Shown here: piece after piece, positions 1 to 10,749 of the stretch
Position numbering within the stretch: the stretch's first letter is position 1
How the letters are laid out: each line of letters opens with the position of its first letter
Source: an uncultured Candidatus Saccharibacteria bacterium
GTDB lineage: Bacteria; Patescibacteriota; Minisyncoccia; Phycocordibacterales; Phycocordibacteraceae
Reading direction: 5' to 3'
Assembly (NCBI GenBank): GCA_964391975.1
Contig: CAYMNZ010000001.1
Location: 326,978-390,977 of the forward strand
DNA: 64,000 bases
Notes under the pieces: generated by a model
The model's input: only the letters and a program-made list of their open reading frames with translations
The model's database searches: none
Told to the model about the DNA's origin: nothing
Made by a program: the position numbers and the translations under genes

Positions 1-1602
1 CAGGCTGGTTCCGACGGAGGAGTCACCGTGCGCCTCGGCGAGAAGGACTATCGTCCGGAGGAGGTTTCCGCGATGATTCTCTCCAAACTCAAGGCAGACG
101 CAGAGGCCAAACTCGGCGAGAAGATTACTGAGGCGATTATTACCGTCCCGGCATATTTCGATGACGCACAACGCGCAGCTACGAAAGCAGCTGGGCAGAT
201 TGCAGGGCTCGACGTGAAGCGCATCATCAACGAGCCAACCGCTGCAGCACTCGCCTACGGTTTTACTAAGAAGAAGGACCAGCAGATTGCAGTCTTCGAC
301 TTCGGAGGAGGTACCTTCGACGTCTCTATTCTTGAGGTGGGAGATGACGTCATTGAAGTGAAGAGCACTGATGGTGACTCTCACATGGGTGGCCGCGATA
401 TCGACCAGAAACTTGTGCGTTACCTTGCAGATGAATTTAAGAAGCAGTCGGGCATTGATGTCACCAAGGACCCACTCGCGCTCCAGCGCCTAGATGAGGC
501 TGCAGAGAAGGCAAAGATTGAGCTTTCGACCGCAACTGAATCTGAGGCGAACATTCCGTTCGTTACGGTTGGAAGCGACGGCACGCCGCAGCATCTTCTC
601 GTGAAGGTTACGCGCGCAACGCTTGAATCGCTTGCTGAGGAATACATCACTCGCGCTATGGATATCACCAAGCGCGCACTTGAGGCGGCGGGCAAGAAGC
701 CGTCTGAGATTGAGGAGGTTATTCTCGTTGGAGGCCAGACCCGCATGCCGCTTATTCAGGCAAAGGTGAAGGAGCTTTTTGGTCGCGACCCACATCGGGA
801 CGTGAACCCGGACGAGGTGGTCGCTATAGGTGCAGCAGTACAGGCCGGTATCTTCCAGGGAGACGTCAAAGACATTCTCCTTGTGGATGTTATTCCACTC
901 GCTCTTTCTATTGAGACCATGGGAGGCGTTGCGACAAAGCTCATTGATCGCAACACTGCGGTTCCAACGTCGCGTTCCCAGACGTTCTCTACGGCCTCTG
1001 ACAACCAGCCATCAGTAGAGATTCACGTGGTGCAGGGAGAGCGCGCCATGGCGGCTGACAACAAGTCGCTCGGACGCTTCAACCTCGATGGTATTCCTCC
1101 AGCACCTCGTGGCCTGCCACAGGTAGAGGTTACCTTTGATGTCGACAGCAACGGTATCCTTACTGTGAAGGCGAAAGAGAAGACTTCTGGAAAGGAGCAG
1201 TCAATCCGCATTGAGGGTTCTACCGGACTCTCCAAGGAGGACATTGAGAAGATGCAGAAAGATGCCGAGGTGCACGCAGCAGAGGACGCTACGCGCAAGG
1301 AGGTCATCGAGACCAAGAACATCGCTGAGCAGATGGTGTACACAGCAGAGAAAGCAGTGAAGGACCACGGCGAGAAGGCAGGGGAAGAGGTGGTGAAGGA
1401 CGTGAATGAGAAGATTGATGCACTGAAGAAAGCACGCGAAGGTGAGGACGTCGCAGCAATCAAGGCAGCTTCCGAAGCACTCTCCACCTCCATGCAGAAG
1501 ATTGGGGAGATTATGATGAAGGCGGAGCAAGAGAAGCAGACACCACCACCTGAAGCGGGCCCAACCGACGCTGAGTTCACGGAAAAACCAAAAGAGGAAT
1601 AG
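1..1602 (+). CDS. dnaK: Chaperone DnaK (Hsp70), 5' end outside window
   Basis: [43 protein letters not shown] and [11 protein letters not shown] motifs; frame open from base 1. Confidence 0.98.
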   Translation, partial: QAGSDGGVTVRLGEKDYRPEEVSAMILSKLKADAEAKLGEKITEAIITVPAYFDDAQRAATKAAGQIAGLDVKRIINEPTAAALAYGFTKKKDQQIAVFDFGGGTFDVSILEVGDDVIEVKSTDGDSHMGGRDIDQKLVRYLADEFKKQSGIDVTKDPLALQRLDEAAEKAKIELSTATESEANIPFVTVGSDGTPQHLLVKVTRATLESLAEEYITRAMDITKRALEAAGKKPSEIEEVILVGGQTRMPLIQAKVKELFGRDPHRDVNPDEVVAIGAAVQAGIFQGDVKDILLVDVIPLALSIETMGGVATKLIDRNTAVPTSRSQTFSTASDNQPSVEIHVVQGERAMAADNKSLGRFNLDGIPPAPRGLPQVEVTFDVDSNGILTVKAKEKTSGKEQSIRIEGSTGLSKEDIEKMQKDAEVHAAEDATRKEVIETKNIAEQMVYTAEKAVKDHGEKAGEEVVKDVNEKIDALKKAREGEDVAAIKAASEALSTSMQKIGEIMMKAEQEKQTPPPEAGPTDAEFTEKPKEE

Positions 1603-1607
1603 CTTAC

Positions 1608-1639
1608 GAATCCCGCTTGATGCGGGATTCTTTCGTTTT
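1608..1639 (+). terminator. Intrinsic terminator after dnaK
   Basis: GAATCCCGC-ttgat-GCGGGATTC hairpin followed by TTTCGTTTT. Confidence 0.75.
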
Positions 1640-1659
1640 AGGTATAGTGTTCCTTACCT

Positions 1660-2727
1660 ATGGCAAAGAACTACTACGACGTCCTTGGAGTTGAGAAGAA
1701 AGCAACCAAGGAGGACATTAAGAAGGCCTTCCGCAAGCTCGCGCAGGTACATCACCCTGACAAGGGAGGAGACGAGGCGAAGTTCAAGGAGATAACTGAG
1801 GCGTACAGCACGCTCTCAGATGAGCGAAAGCGCAGGGAATACGATTCCTATGGCCAGACGTTTGCTGGAGGTGGTCCGCAGGGCTTCAACGGCCAGGGCT
1901 TCGACTTCTCGCAGTTTGGTGGCTTTGGGCAGGGGGGAGTCGAGTTCGATATCTCTGATTTGTTTGGCGACATTATGGGCGGAGGCCGCGGGGGCAGAAG
2001 GGTAAAGCGCGGTCGGGATATTTCTATTGATGTAGAACTTACCTTTAAGGAGTCGGTGTTTGGTGCAAGTCGTGCGGTCCTCATGACCAAGATTGGAAAG
2101 TGCGATACCTGTGACGGAAGTGGCGCCAAGACTGGAACTGAACTTGAGACTTGTACTACCTGTAACGGTGCAGGAAAGATTCGCGAGGTACGTCAGTCCT
2201 TCATGGGACCTATCCAAGTGCAGCAGACCTGCTCCGTGTGCGAGGGCGCTGGCAAGGTGCCAAAAGAGAAGTGCGCGACCTGTGCAGGACACGGCGTGCT
2301 CCGTAAGGAAGAGGAGATTAACCTCAAGATTCCTGCAGGCATCGACGGTGGGGAGATGATGCGCATGCCCGGCCAGGGTGAGGCGGTGAAGGGGGGCGTG
2401 TCAGGAGACCTCTACGTAAAGATTCATGTGAAGCCACATCCAGTCTTTCATAAGGAAGGGCTCCACCTTGTTATGGACATGCCCGTGAAGCTCACTGACG
2501 CACTTTTGGGAACGACGGTTTCCGTGACTACGCTTGATGACAAGGTGCTCGAAGTGAAGGTACCTAAGATGGAGAAGAACGAGGAGGTGCTTCGCCTCAA
2601 GGGCAAGGGAGTTGTTGTTGAAGGACAGGCTGGCGACCTCCTTATACGCCTCACGTCTGTGCTTCCTAAGAAGCTCTCCGGGAAAGCCAAGAAGGCGATT
2701 GAGGACTTGAAGGCTGAGGGGCTCTAA
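1660..2727 (+). CDS. dnaJ: Chaperone DnaJ
   Basis: J-domain with HPD, G/F-rich linker, four CxxCxGxG repeats; follows dnaK. Confidence 0.98.
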   Translation: MAKNYYDVLGVEKKATKEDIKKAFRKLAQVHHPDKGGDEAKFKEITEAYSTLSDERKRREYDSYGQTFAGGGPQGFNGQGFDFSQFGGFGQGGVEFDISDLFGDIMGGGRGGRRVKRGRDISIDVELTFKESVFGASRAVLMTKIGKCDTCDGSGAKTGTELETCTTCNGAGKIREVRQSFMGPIQVQQTCSVCEGAGKVPKEKCATCAGHGVLRKEEEINLKIPAGIDGGEMMRMPGQGEAVKGGVSGDLYVKIHVKPHPVFHKEGLHLVMDMPVKLTDALLGTTVSVTTLDDKVLEVKVPKMEKNEEVLRLKGKGVVVEGQAGDLLIRLTSVLPKKLSGKAKKAIEDLKAEGL

Positions 2728-2789
2728 CAACAACACTTCACAGACGTTCTATAAGGATGGGGTACAATAACCCCATTAACTTTTGATAT

Positions 2790-3788
2790 ATGGCACTAGC
2801 GACACTCAGGCAGGTACTTGATGAAGCAGCAAAGGGCGTCTACGGCGTCGGCGCGTTCAACGTGAACAACATGGAGCAAGTGCAAGCAATCATGGAGGCT
2901 GCAGCTGAGACGAAGTCTCCCGTCATCCTTCAGGCATCGCGTGGTGCACGTAAGTATGCAGGAGACCAGTATCTCTTTGATTTGATGACGAGCGCAGCAC
3001 GTCAGAACCCAGACCTTCCGGTCGTTATCCACCAGGACCACGGAAGCGAGGAGGCTTGCATGTCAGCCATCGAACTCGGATTCACATCCGTGATGATGGA
3101 TGGGTCGCTCAAGGAAGACAACAAAACACCTGCGACCTTTGAAGAGAACGTAGCAGTTACCAAGCGCATCGTTGATGTCGCGCACGCAAAGGGTGTTTCG
3201 GTAGAAGGAGAGCTCGGCTGCATCGGTGGAGTTGAGGACGGACACGGTATGGGAGATGGCGCGAGCGACTTCCTCACCGACCCGGACCAGGCGGTGGAGT
3301 TTGTTGAGCGCACGGGAGTGGATGCACTTGCAGTTGCCATCGGAACCTCGCATGGCGCCTACAAGTTTGCTTCGAAGCCTGACCACAGCGTCTTAGTGAT
3401 GGAGCGCATCATCCAAATTCACAAGAACCTGCCTAACACGCATCTCGTAATGCATGGTTCTTCTTCTATGCCACAGGAGCTGCGCGAAACCATCAACAAG
3501 TTCGGAGGAAATCTCAAGCCTTCATGGGGCGTGCCGGTGGAGGAAATCCAGCTTGGTATCCAGCATGGTGTTCGCAAGATTAACGTCGACACCGACATTC
3601 GTCTTGCCATGACCGCTGCAATTCGTCAGACACTTTCTGAGAAACCAGAAGCCTTTGACCCTCGCGACTACATCAAAGTGGCACGAGCTGCTGCCAAGGA
3701 CATGATTGCCAAGCGCATGCAGGACTTTGGACAAGCAGGGCACGCAAGCGACTACGTCCCGCTTCCCAAGAGCGAGGTGAAGTACTAG
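2790..3788 (+). CDS. fba: Fructose-bisphosphate aldolase class II
   Basis: [34 protein letters not shown] and KINVDTD motifs. Confidence 0.96.
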   Translation: MALATLRQVLDEAAKGVYGVGAFNVNNMEQVQAIMEAAAETKSPVILQASRGARKYAGDQYLFDLMTSAARQNPDLPVVIHQDHGSEEACMSAIELGFTSVMMDGSLKEDNKTPATFEENVAVTKRIVDVAHAKGVSVEGELGCIGGVEDGHGMGDGASDFLTDPDQAVEFVERTGVDALAVAIGTSHGAYKFASKPDHSVLVMERIIQIHKNLPNTHLVMHGSSSMPQELRETINKFGGNLKPSWGVPVEEIQLGIQHGVRKINVDTDIRLAMTAAIRQTLSEKPEAFDPRDYIKVARAAAKDMIAKRMQDFGQAGHASDYVPLPKSEVKY

Positions 3789-3791
3789 CAC

Positions 3792-4316
3792 ATGGACGCA
3801 CTTCCTCTCGAGCAGGTACAGGGTTTCGCGACCACCATCACTGAAAACGCCTGGCTTTGGACGGGGAACTTCCTCGCGCTCATCATCCTTACGGTCGTGT
3901 TTCTCTTCTTCGCTATGCGAGGAGGAAGAAGCGGACTCATTTCATTCATTCTTTCTCTCTACGCGGGTTATGCCATCTACTCAGTCTTCCCGTATACAGA
4001 GTTCGTGGTTGCGCTTGGAGGGACGGCGCTCGTGAAGGCCATTCTGTCGGTTCTTGTGTTTGCGGTCTCGACCTTCTTGCCGTTTGTTCTCATCAAGCGT
4101 CTTACCGGTGGGGGATTCGGCTCGCTTTCCTTTGTACCAAACTTGGTGCTCTCATTCCTTGCCGCAGGGTTGGTGCTGGTCTTGGGCTATCACGTCTTTG
4201 ATGTGAACAATATCTATGAGTTCTCTAAGCCGCTTAACCAGCTTTTTGAGCCGGAAGGCTACTTCTTCTGGTGGTTTATTGCTCCTCTGTTGGGTCTTTT
4301 CATCTTCGCCCGCTAG
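3792..4316 (+). CDS. Hypothetical integral membrane protein (~5 TM)
   Basis: Several hydrophobic segments; starts 3 nt after fba stop. Confidence 0.75.
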   Translation: MDALPLEQVQGFATTITENAWLWTGNFLALIILTVVFLFFAMRGGRSGLISFILSLYAGYAIYSVFPYTEFVVALGGTALVKAILSVLVFAVSTFLPFVLIKRLTGGGFGSLSFVPNLVLSFLAAGLVLVLGYHVFDVNNIYEFSKPLNQLFEPEGYFFWWFIAPLLGLFIFAR

Positions 4317-4318
4317 AC

Positions 4319-4936
4319 ATGTTTACGAGTGTAGGAAATTGGTGGAACAAACACATGCGGTTCATCGGCACGGTCGCCGTTGGGCACGGTACCAAACAAG
4401 TTGAGGAAGTCTTGTTTGATTGGATTCTCTACGGCACGGTCGTAGGGTATACGACCTATACCTACGGACCTGTCATGGGGTCAATCTACGGCTACCTCAT
4501 TATGGCGCCCCTTTCAGCGTTGGTGTGCTTGGCGTACATCAAGCTCTACGATTGGGCAAAGATAGACTGGTTTGGGTTTGAGGCCGTCAAAGGTGCGAAG
4601 GAAGACCTCGAGGGAGATGGGTGGTGGAAACGTACGGTCCGTAAACTTGTCCGACTCGGGGATGTGCCAGCCTTCTTTATTCTCTCCATCAACAGCGATC
4701 CTTTTATGGTCACGGTCTACCTGCGCAAGGGGTCCAAGGAATACAATGGGCTTTCCTCACGCGACTGGAAGATATTCTGGGCCAGCGTGCTGTTTTCGAA
4801 CGCCTACTGGACCCTTCGTTGGAGCGTCATCATCGCACTTGCACTCTTCTTACTCGGCCTCTTGCCGCCGGAACTTCAGGTCTCAGTTATCGCATGGTGG
4901 GATGGCCTCGTCGCTTGGTTTGGAGCCCTCTTTTGA
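4319..4936 (+). CDS. Hypothetical membrane protein
   Basis: ATG 2 nt after the preceding stop (track start at 4271 overlaps the previous gene); hydrophobic, Trp-rich segments. Confidence 0.65.
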   Translation: MFTSVGNWWNKHMRFIGTVAVGHGTKQVEEVLFDWILYGTVVGYTTYTYGPVMGSIYGYLIMAPLSALVCLAYIKLYDWAKIDWFGFEAVKGAKEDLEGDGWWKRTVRKLVRLGDVPAFFILSINSDPFMVTVYLRKGSKEYNGLSSRDWKIFWASVLFSNAYWTLRWSVIIALALFLLGLLPPELQVSVIAWWDGLVAWFGALF

Positions 4937-4995
4937 GCCTTTCTCTACCCATAGGAGCGGGAAAGGGCCTTGTATCTTGTGATACACTTTAAGCA

Positions 4996-5406
4996 ATGGA
5001 TCGATCGGGTACGCTGCTGCTGTCCCTTATCTTGCTTCTGACCGTCGCAGTCTTCGGCGCCACCGCGTGGCTCTTCTTCGTAGACAAGCAGTACGACTTC
5101 TACGTCGAAGCTGCCTGCGACCCTTCGACTGAGACCTGTTTCTATCGTGACTGTTCTGATGAGGAAGTGTACTGCCCACCAAACGGACTACAGGAATACA
5201 AGGTGTTCTACGTCTCTGCACACGACTTCGAGACCTGCGCAGACAACTCGTGTAAGAACGAATGCGAGAGCGGCTCCATACCTTGCGAGGAACTCATGTG
5301 CGGTGAAGCCGAAGAAGATGAGTGTGCGATATACGAACCTCCCTTAGAAGAAGTCATCGTAGAAGAGGTAGATGAGGGGGCAGATGAGGAGGAAGCTACC
5401 CCATAG
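4996..5406 (+). CDS. Membrane-anchored cysteine-rich acidic protein
   Basis: N-terminal TM helix, 10 Cys, very acidic tail; TGATACACT -10 just upstream. Confidence 0.8.
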   Translation: MDRSGTLLLSLILLLTVAVFGATAWLFFVDKQYDFYVEAACDPSTETCFYRDCSDEEVYCPPNGLQEYKVFYVSAHDFETCADNSCKNECESGSIPCEELMCGEAEEDECAIYEPPLEEVIVEEVDEGADEEEATP

Positions 5407-5423
5407 CGCATTCTTCCAGTTCT

Positions 5424-6284
5424 ATGACAACTCAAACCCTTAATCGGAGCGTGATTGATACAAATGTATTAGTCGAAGACCGAAAGGCGTTTGATGAGTG
5501 TATCTATACGCCACCGGAAGAGGCGATTGCCGAACTCCTGCGCAGACGTGCGGATACTGAACTTGAGCGCAAGGTAGCTGCCTTCCTTCACGAGGATGTA
5601 CCTCTGCCACTGCGTAAGGGTCCGCACGCCGTTGCGTTCCGCCAGGTGACCACCTCCAACTACGAGATTCGACGCTTCTTCAGCATCATCGACTCGATTG
5701 ACGAGCTTGAGCCTCTGTTCTTTGAATATCTGGAAGACAAATTTACCTCTAACAACGAATGGAAGCATGCGCTGGGAAAGCTCTTTTTCTATGCCGGAAA
5801 AGGGAAGAAAGGGGGGTCGAAGATTGAATCCTTCAACGTCATAGACTTCAACCAGTTCAACGGCAAGAAGATTTCTGAGGTACGCACGCTCTGGGGGCAG
5901 TCACTCGTTGATTTCCATCACGAGTTCTTCAATGCACGCTACCGAGAGGCAGATGCAGCGTTTTTTGATGCGTCTGCTTGGTTCAAGCACCATGGCCCCA
6001 GTGCGCTTGAGTACTACAAATCCTTCCTTGCCTTGTTCATTCGACACGGAATCCTCTTTGAAAACTTCATGATTGATCAGAAGGAAATTGCCTTTACCCG
6101 AGAGATATTTCTTCCAGCGTTCATAGCCGTCTCTGAAGAGCTCGGTTTGAAGCCACTTATTGTGAATCTCGAACCGACCGAAATAGAGGGGGACCGCTTC
6201 TGGATGTGCCATCCAGTTGAGGATAAAGAGTTCGTTCTAGCAAAACTTGAACAAGTAAAATCACCTGCACCGGTGGTGCTATAA
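5424..6284 (+). CDS. Hypothetical soluble alpha/beta protein, no family recognised
   Basis: 286-aa ORF filling the gap, globular composition, no TM segment. Confidence 0.8.
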   Translation: MTTQTLNRSVIDTNVLVEDRKAFDECIYTPPEEAIAELLRRRADTELERKVAAFLHEDVPLPLRKGPHAVAFRQVTTSNYEIRRFFSIIDSIDELEPLFFEYLEDKFTSNNEWKHALGKLFFYAGKGKKGGSKIESFNVIDFNQFNGKKISEVRTLWGQSLVDFHHEFFNARYREADAAFFDASAWFKHHGPSALEYYKSFLALFIRHGILFENFMIDQKEIAFTREIFLPAFIAVSEELGLKPLIVNLEPTEIEGDRFWMCHPVEDKEFVLAKLEQVKSPAPVVL

Positions 6285-6291
6285 TTTTTGT

Positions 6292-7935
6292 ATGGATATC
6301 AACACGTGTTTTGAGACGACCAATGTCTACCACACGATTGCGTACTACTCCCACCTTGTTCCGATTGTTATAGGGATGTTTCTTAGTATTTACGCGCTGT
6401 TTCGAACGAAGTTCTCTAAGCTTGCATTAGTTTTCTTTGCCTTCACGCTCGGTTTCTCTCTCTGGCTTGTCGGTGACCTCATCCTCTGGACCTACGACGA
6501 TTACAACGCCATCTACTATTTCTGGTCTTCGCTCGATTTCATCAACGTGGTGTTCTTCATGCTTGGTGCGTTCTTCTTCGGGCTCGTTGCCCGTGAGAAA
6601 ATTACCCTGTGGGAGAAGGCAATCATGCTCCTTCTCATCCTGCCTGCGTTCATTATTACCGTTACGGGTAATTCCGTCGTTGACTTCTATCAGCCAGCCT
6701 GTGAGGCCACCAACAATGATTGGCTAACCAACTACAAGCTGTTCGCAGAGGCGTCAGCCATTCTCCTTATCCTTTTCTCCTTCTTTGCTGCTTGGGGCAA
6801 GTCGGATAATCGCAAACGGATACAAATAGGATTCATTGGTCTGGCCATCCTGCTGTTCTTTGCGGTGTTCGCAGGAAGCGAATATATCGCCTCAGTGACT
6901 GCCGTCTACGAGATTAATCTCTACGGACTGTTCATCTTGCCGCTCTTCCTTATCGTGCTTACGTTTGCGATTACTGACCTCAAGCTCTTCAACTTCCGTT
7001 TCGTCGGTACACAAATTCTTGCCTATGTACTCATCATTATGGTCGGCTCACAGCTTCTCTATGTGCGTGACCCAGCGGAGCAAACCTTGAGCTTCATAAC
7101 ACTCGCCGTCACACTGATTATCGGTCTGCTCCTTCTTGAGAACGCAAAGAGTGAAGCGCAGGCTCGTGTCCGGATTGAGGAACTTGCAGAGACGTTGACT
7201 CGCACCAACAAGCAACTCGACCAAGCCAATGAACACTTGAAAGACCTTGATAAGCTCAAGGACGAATTCCTTTCCATTGCCTCGCACCAGCTGCGTGCGC
7301 CGATTACCGCCGTGCGTGGGTACGCTGCGAACCTTTCTGATGGCACCTACGGTGTCGTGCCGGAGTACCTCATGGACCCACTCCAGACCATCATGGAGAC
7401 GACGCGTCTCATGGCCTCATCCATTGATGATTACCTCAACATTTCCCGCATCGAGCAGGGAAGGATGAAGTACGAGAAGAGTGAGTTTGATATCTCGCAC
7501 CTCGCTAACCAGATTGTGAAGGAGCTCACCCCGGTAGCAGCGAGAAGGAAGCTTACGCTCTCAAGTGAACCGTCAGGTGAGGTTATCGTGCGTGCAGACA
7601 TCGGTAAGATTAAGCAGGTCATCACGAACCTCATAGACAATGCCATCAAGTACACCGAGAAGGGCGGTATCTCGGTTGCGGTCACCAAGGAGGTTGGAAA
7701 GGTGCGGGTGACGATTACCGACACCGGTATTGGCATTGGGGCGGATGAGATTGCGTCGCTGTTTGAGAAGTTCACTCGCGCTCGCGACGCTAACAAGGTC
7801 AACACCACCGGTACAGGCCTTGGGCTCTATGTGGCCAAGCAGCTTACCGAGGGACATGGCGGCAAGGTGTGGGCTGAATCAGACGGTTCTGGTAAGGGCT
7901 CCCGCTTCATTGTGGAGTTGCCCGCTTTGGCCTAG
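6292..7935 (+). CDS. Sensor histidine kinase with multi-TM (HisKA_7TM-like) input domain
   Basis: H-box FLSIASHQLRAPIT, N-box NLIDNAIKYT, G1 DTGIG, F-box FEKF, G2 GTGLGL; about 280-aa hydrophobic N-terminus. Confidence 0.93.
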   Translation: MDINTCFETTNVYHTIAYYSHLVPIVIGMFLSIYALFRTKFSKLALVFFAFTLGFSLWLVGDLILWTYDDYNAIYYFWSSLDFINVVFFMLGAFFFGLVAREKITLWEKAIMLLLILPAFIITVTGNSVVDFYQPACEATNNDWLTNYKLFAEASAILLILFSFFAAWGKSDNRKRIQIGFIGLAILLFFAVFAGSEYIASVTAVYEINLYGLFILPLFLIVLTFAITDLKLFNFRFVGTQILAYVLIIMVGSQLLYVRDPAEQTLSFITLAVTLIIGLLLLENAKSEAQARVRIEELAETLTRTNKQLDQANEHLKDLDKLKDEFLSIASHQLRAPITAVRGYAANLSDGTYGVVPEYLMDPLQTIMETTRLMASSIDDYLNISRIEQGRMKYEKSEFDISHLANQIVKELTPVAARRKLTLSSEPSGEVIVRADIGKIKQVITNLIDNAIKYTEKGGISVAVTKEVGKVRVTITDTGIGIGADEIASLFEKFTRARDANKVNTTGTGLGLYVAKQLTEGHGGKVWAESDGSGKGSRFIVELPALA

Positions 7936-7966
7936 AATCACTGTGTACTAGCTTCTTTCCATATCT

Positions 7967-8962
7967 ATGGTCCGCAAGGTGCATCTCATGAACCAAATCA
8001 ACAACAACCCCGACGAGTTCGTGCTGCTTGCTGGTAATGGGAACATGAAGCTTGCAACAGAGATTGGCAAGATTCTTAAGAAAGACGTCACCAATCCGGT
8101 GACCTATTTCTCAGATGGGGAGGTGCGCGTGAAAGGCATCCCTAACCTCCGTCGTCGTCCTGTGTTCATTCTCCAGCCGACCACGCCGCCAGTGAACGAC
8201 CACCTGATGGAACTCCTTCTTATAATCGATGCTGCACGCCGTGCTGCGGCAAGCGAGATTACCGCTGTGCTCCCATATTTCGGGTATGCGCGCCAGGATC
8301 GCAAGGAGCAGCCACGTGTGCCAATTTCAGCGTCAGTCGTTGCCAACATGATTCGTCGCTCTGGTGCTGACCGCATTCTCACGGTTGACGTACACACCGA
8401 GCAGGCACAGGGCTTCATCCAGTGTGCGTGGGACAACCTCTACGCCAGTTACGCGCTCATTCCTGAGATTAAGAAGCGCAAACTTACCAATGTGACTGTG
8501 GTTTCTCCTGATAAGGGCGGTGTGCCGCGCGCAACAAGTTATGCAGGGCTCCTTGGTGTCGACGATGTTGCCATCGTGTACAAGCAGCGCGACCTGCACG
8601 TAAACAATAAATCAGAGGCCTTTGCCATGATTGGAGAAGTGGAGGGTCGTGACCTTCTGTTGGTCGACGACATGCTCGATTCAGGCGGCACTATCTTCAA
8701 CGCCGTTGACCACCTTGCCTCCTACAAGCCAAAGAGTATCCGCGTGGTGGTGACCCACGGTCTCTTCACAGGTAAGGCACTTGAGCGCCTCTCTGCCTCT
8801 CCAGTTGAGGAGATTATCGTTACAGATTCGGTGGACCACCGCGAGGAAGTACTCGCGCATCCTAAGGTAACGGTCGTTTCTATCGCTCCGCTCCTGGCTG
8901 AAGCCATCCACCGCGTACAGACCGGGGACTCCATCAGCGAGGGCCTTATCCTTCACTCCTAG
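7967..8962 (+). CDS. prs: Ribose-phosphate pyrophosphokinase (start may be 7988)
   Basis: FSDGE, PYFGYARQDRK, VSPDKGG and VDDMLDSGGT motifs. Confidence 0.96.
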   Translation: MVRKVHLMNQINNNPDEFVLLAGNGNMKLATEIGKILKKDVTNPVTYFSDGEVRVKGIPNLRRRPVFILQPTTPPVNDHLMELLLIIDAARRAAASEITAVLPYFGYARQDRKEQPRVPISASVVANMIRRSGADRILTVDVHTEQAQGFIQCAWDNLYASYALIPEIKKRKLTNVTVVSPDKGGVPRATSYAGLLGVDDVAIVYKQRDLHVNNKSEAFAMIGEVEGRDLLLVDDMLDSGGTIFNAVDHLASYKPKSIRVVVTHGLFTGKALERLSASPVEEIIVTDSVDHREEVLAHPKVTVVSIAPLLAEAIHRVQTGDSISEGLILHS

Positions 8963-8978
8963 TGCTATACTTTCGGTC

Positions 8979-10223
8979 ATGAGCTTGGCCGAAGACCTGA
9001 AAGCGCGCGGGTTCGCGGAGCATTCTTCCTCTCCCCTTGAGGCCATTTTGGGCAGCAAACGCGGGGTGTATTTGGGCATCGACCCAACGGCCGATTCCAT
9101 GCATGTGGGGCACCTCGTGCCGATTCTTCTTATGAAGCGTCTTTCGGACGCTGGAAATCGAACCGTATTCGTCGTCGGAGGCGGCACCGGTATGATTGGA
9201 GACCCGCGCGAGGTAGGAGAGCGGTCGCTTCTTGATTCTAAGACACTGGAGCACAACAAGCGTGCGCTGCGTTCTCAGTTGCAGAAGGTGGTGGGTAAGA
9301 AGATTGAAATGGTAGACAACGCTACCTGGCTCGGGAAGCTTAAACTTATCGATTTCTTGCGTGATACGGGCAAGCACTTTTCGGTAAACGAGCTCGTACG
9401 TCGAGACCTTATCAAGCGTCGCCTTGATACACCTGACGAGACCATTTCCTTTACTGAGTTCTCCTATTCGTTACTCCAGGGGTACGACTTCCTTACCCTC
9501 TACAAGAAAAAGGGGATTGAGGTACAGATTGGAGGAGCCGACCAATGGACCAACATGCTCTCGGGCGTAGAGCTGGTTCGCAAAGTGCTCGCTAAAGAAG
9601 CGTACTGTTTTACCTGCCCGCTCGTCACTGACGCCGCTGGCAAGAAGTTCGGTAAGTCTGAGGGCACGCCAGTATGGCTTGATGCTCGCAAGACTTCTCC
9701 TTTCAAGTTCTATCAGTTCTGGATTAACCTTCCGGATCAAGGACTTGAAACCTACCTCAAGCTCTACACGACTCTTCCGCTTCTAGAGATAACGGCGCTT
9801 CTTGAAGCACACGCAAAAGACCCCGCTGCTCGTGTTGCACAGGAGACACTTGCACGATTGGTGACCGAGCTCGTGCATGGACCAGCCGCTGCTGCACAGG
9901 CCGCCGCTGCAACTGATGCACTTTTCGGAGGGCGCGAGTTCGCTTCGCTTTCACGTGAGGAAGTTGCGGTTATTCTCGGTGAGGTTGCCACGGTACGTGT
10001 GCCAAAAGCAGAAGTGGTACGCCCGGTTGTTGATGTGTTGACGGAAGGAAGCCTCGCGACCTCGAAGTCAGACGCGCGCCGTCTTATTGAAGCGAAGGGC
10101 ATCACGCTCAATGGCGAGACCATCACGGACGCCGCTCGCATGCTCTCGCTCTCTGATTTTACTAACGGCATGGCGCTCTTCCGGAAGGGGAGGCGTGAGG
10201 TACTCGTGCTTGCGCTTAAGTAA
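8979..10223 (+). CDS. tyrS: Tyrosine--tRNA ligase
   Basis: YLGIDPTADSMHVGH, QIGGADQW, KFGKS, C-terminal S4-like domain. Confidence 0.97.
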   Translation: MSLAEDLKARGFAEHSSSPLEAILGSKRGVYLGIDPTADSMHVGHLVPILLMKRLSDAGNRTVFVVGGGTGMIGDPREVGERSLLDSKTLEHNKRALRSQLQKVVGKKIEMVDNATWLGKLKLIDFLRDTGKHFSVNELVRRDLIKRRLDTPDETISFTEFSYSLLQGYDFLTLYKKKGIEVQIGGADQWTNMLSGVELVRKVLAKEAYCFTCPLVTDAAGKKFGKSEGTPVWLDARKTSPFKFYQFWINLPDQGLETYLKLYTTLPLLEITALLEAHAKDPAARVAQETLARLVTELVHGPAAAAQAAAATDALFGGREFASLSREEVAVILGEVATVRVPKAEVVRPVVDVLTEGSLATSKSDARRLIEAKGITLNGETITDAARMLSLSDFTNGMALFRKGRREVLVLALK

Positions 10224-10263
10224 GCTGGAATTAGGCCCTGTTCTCTGTTATATTCGCCCTAGA

Positions 10264-10349
10264 GCGTCGGTGGTAGAGTGGTCAATTACAACAGGCTGTA
10301 AACCTGTCGGCTTCGGCCTACGCAGGTTCGAATCCTGCCCGGCGCACCA
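10264..10349 (+). tRNA. tRNA-Tyr(GTA)
   Basis: Acceptor GCGTCGG/CCGGCGC, anticodon arm ACAGG-CTGTAAA-CCTGT, long variable arm, GGTTCGAATCC, encoded CCA. Confidence 0.97.
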
Positions 10350-10353
10350 TCTT

Positions 10354-10380
10354 AAAAGACCCTTGTTTGGGGTCTTTTTT
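10354..10380 (+). terminator. Intrinsic terminator after tRNA-Tyr
   Basis: AAAAGACCC...GGGTCTTTTTT hairpin with T-tract. Confidence 0.8.
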
Positions 10381-10399
10381 GTAATGTTAGAATGCCTCA

Positions 10400-10723
10400 A
10401 TGGACTGCATATTCTGCAAGATTGTGAGCGGTGAGATTCCAGCCTCCAAAACATATGAGGATGGGAAGGTGATTGCCTTTGCGGACATTCACCCCAAGGC
10501 TCCTGGACACACGCTTCTCATTCCTCGCGACCACTACCAGTGGTTTTACGAGCTCCCAGACGACCTTTCCGACCATCTCTTCCGAGTTGCCAAGAAACTT
10601 GCGCGCGAACTCAAGGAGAAGCACGACGCCAAACTCGTGAAGCTCTCCATCGTAGGGGATGAAGTCCCGCATACCCACGTGCATCTCATACCCTTTGCCG
10701 AGAGCGCTAGGGCTGAGATTTGA
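10400..10723 (+). CDS. HIT family nucleotide hydrolase
   Basis: DCIFCKIV N-terminus and HTHVH triad. Confidence 0.93.
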   Translation: MDCIFCKIVSGEIPASKTYEDGKVIAFADIHPKAPGHTLLIPRDHYQWFYELPDDLSDHLFRVAKKLARELKEKHDAKLVKLSIVGDEVPHTHVHLIPFAESARAEI

Positions 10724-10749
10724 GTCAAAATCCCTGGTATAGTTCCTCC

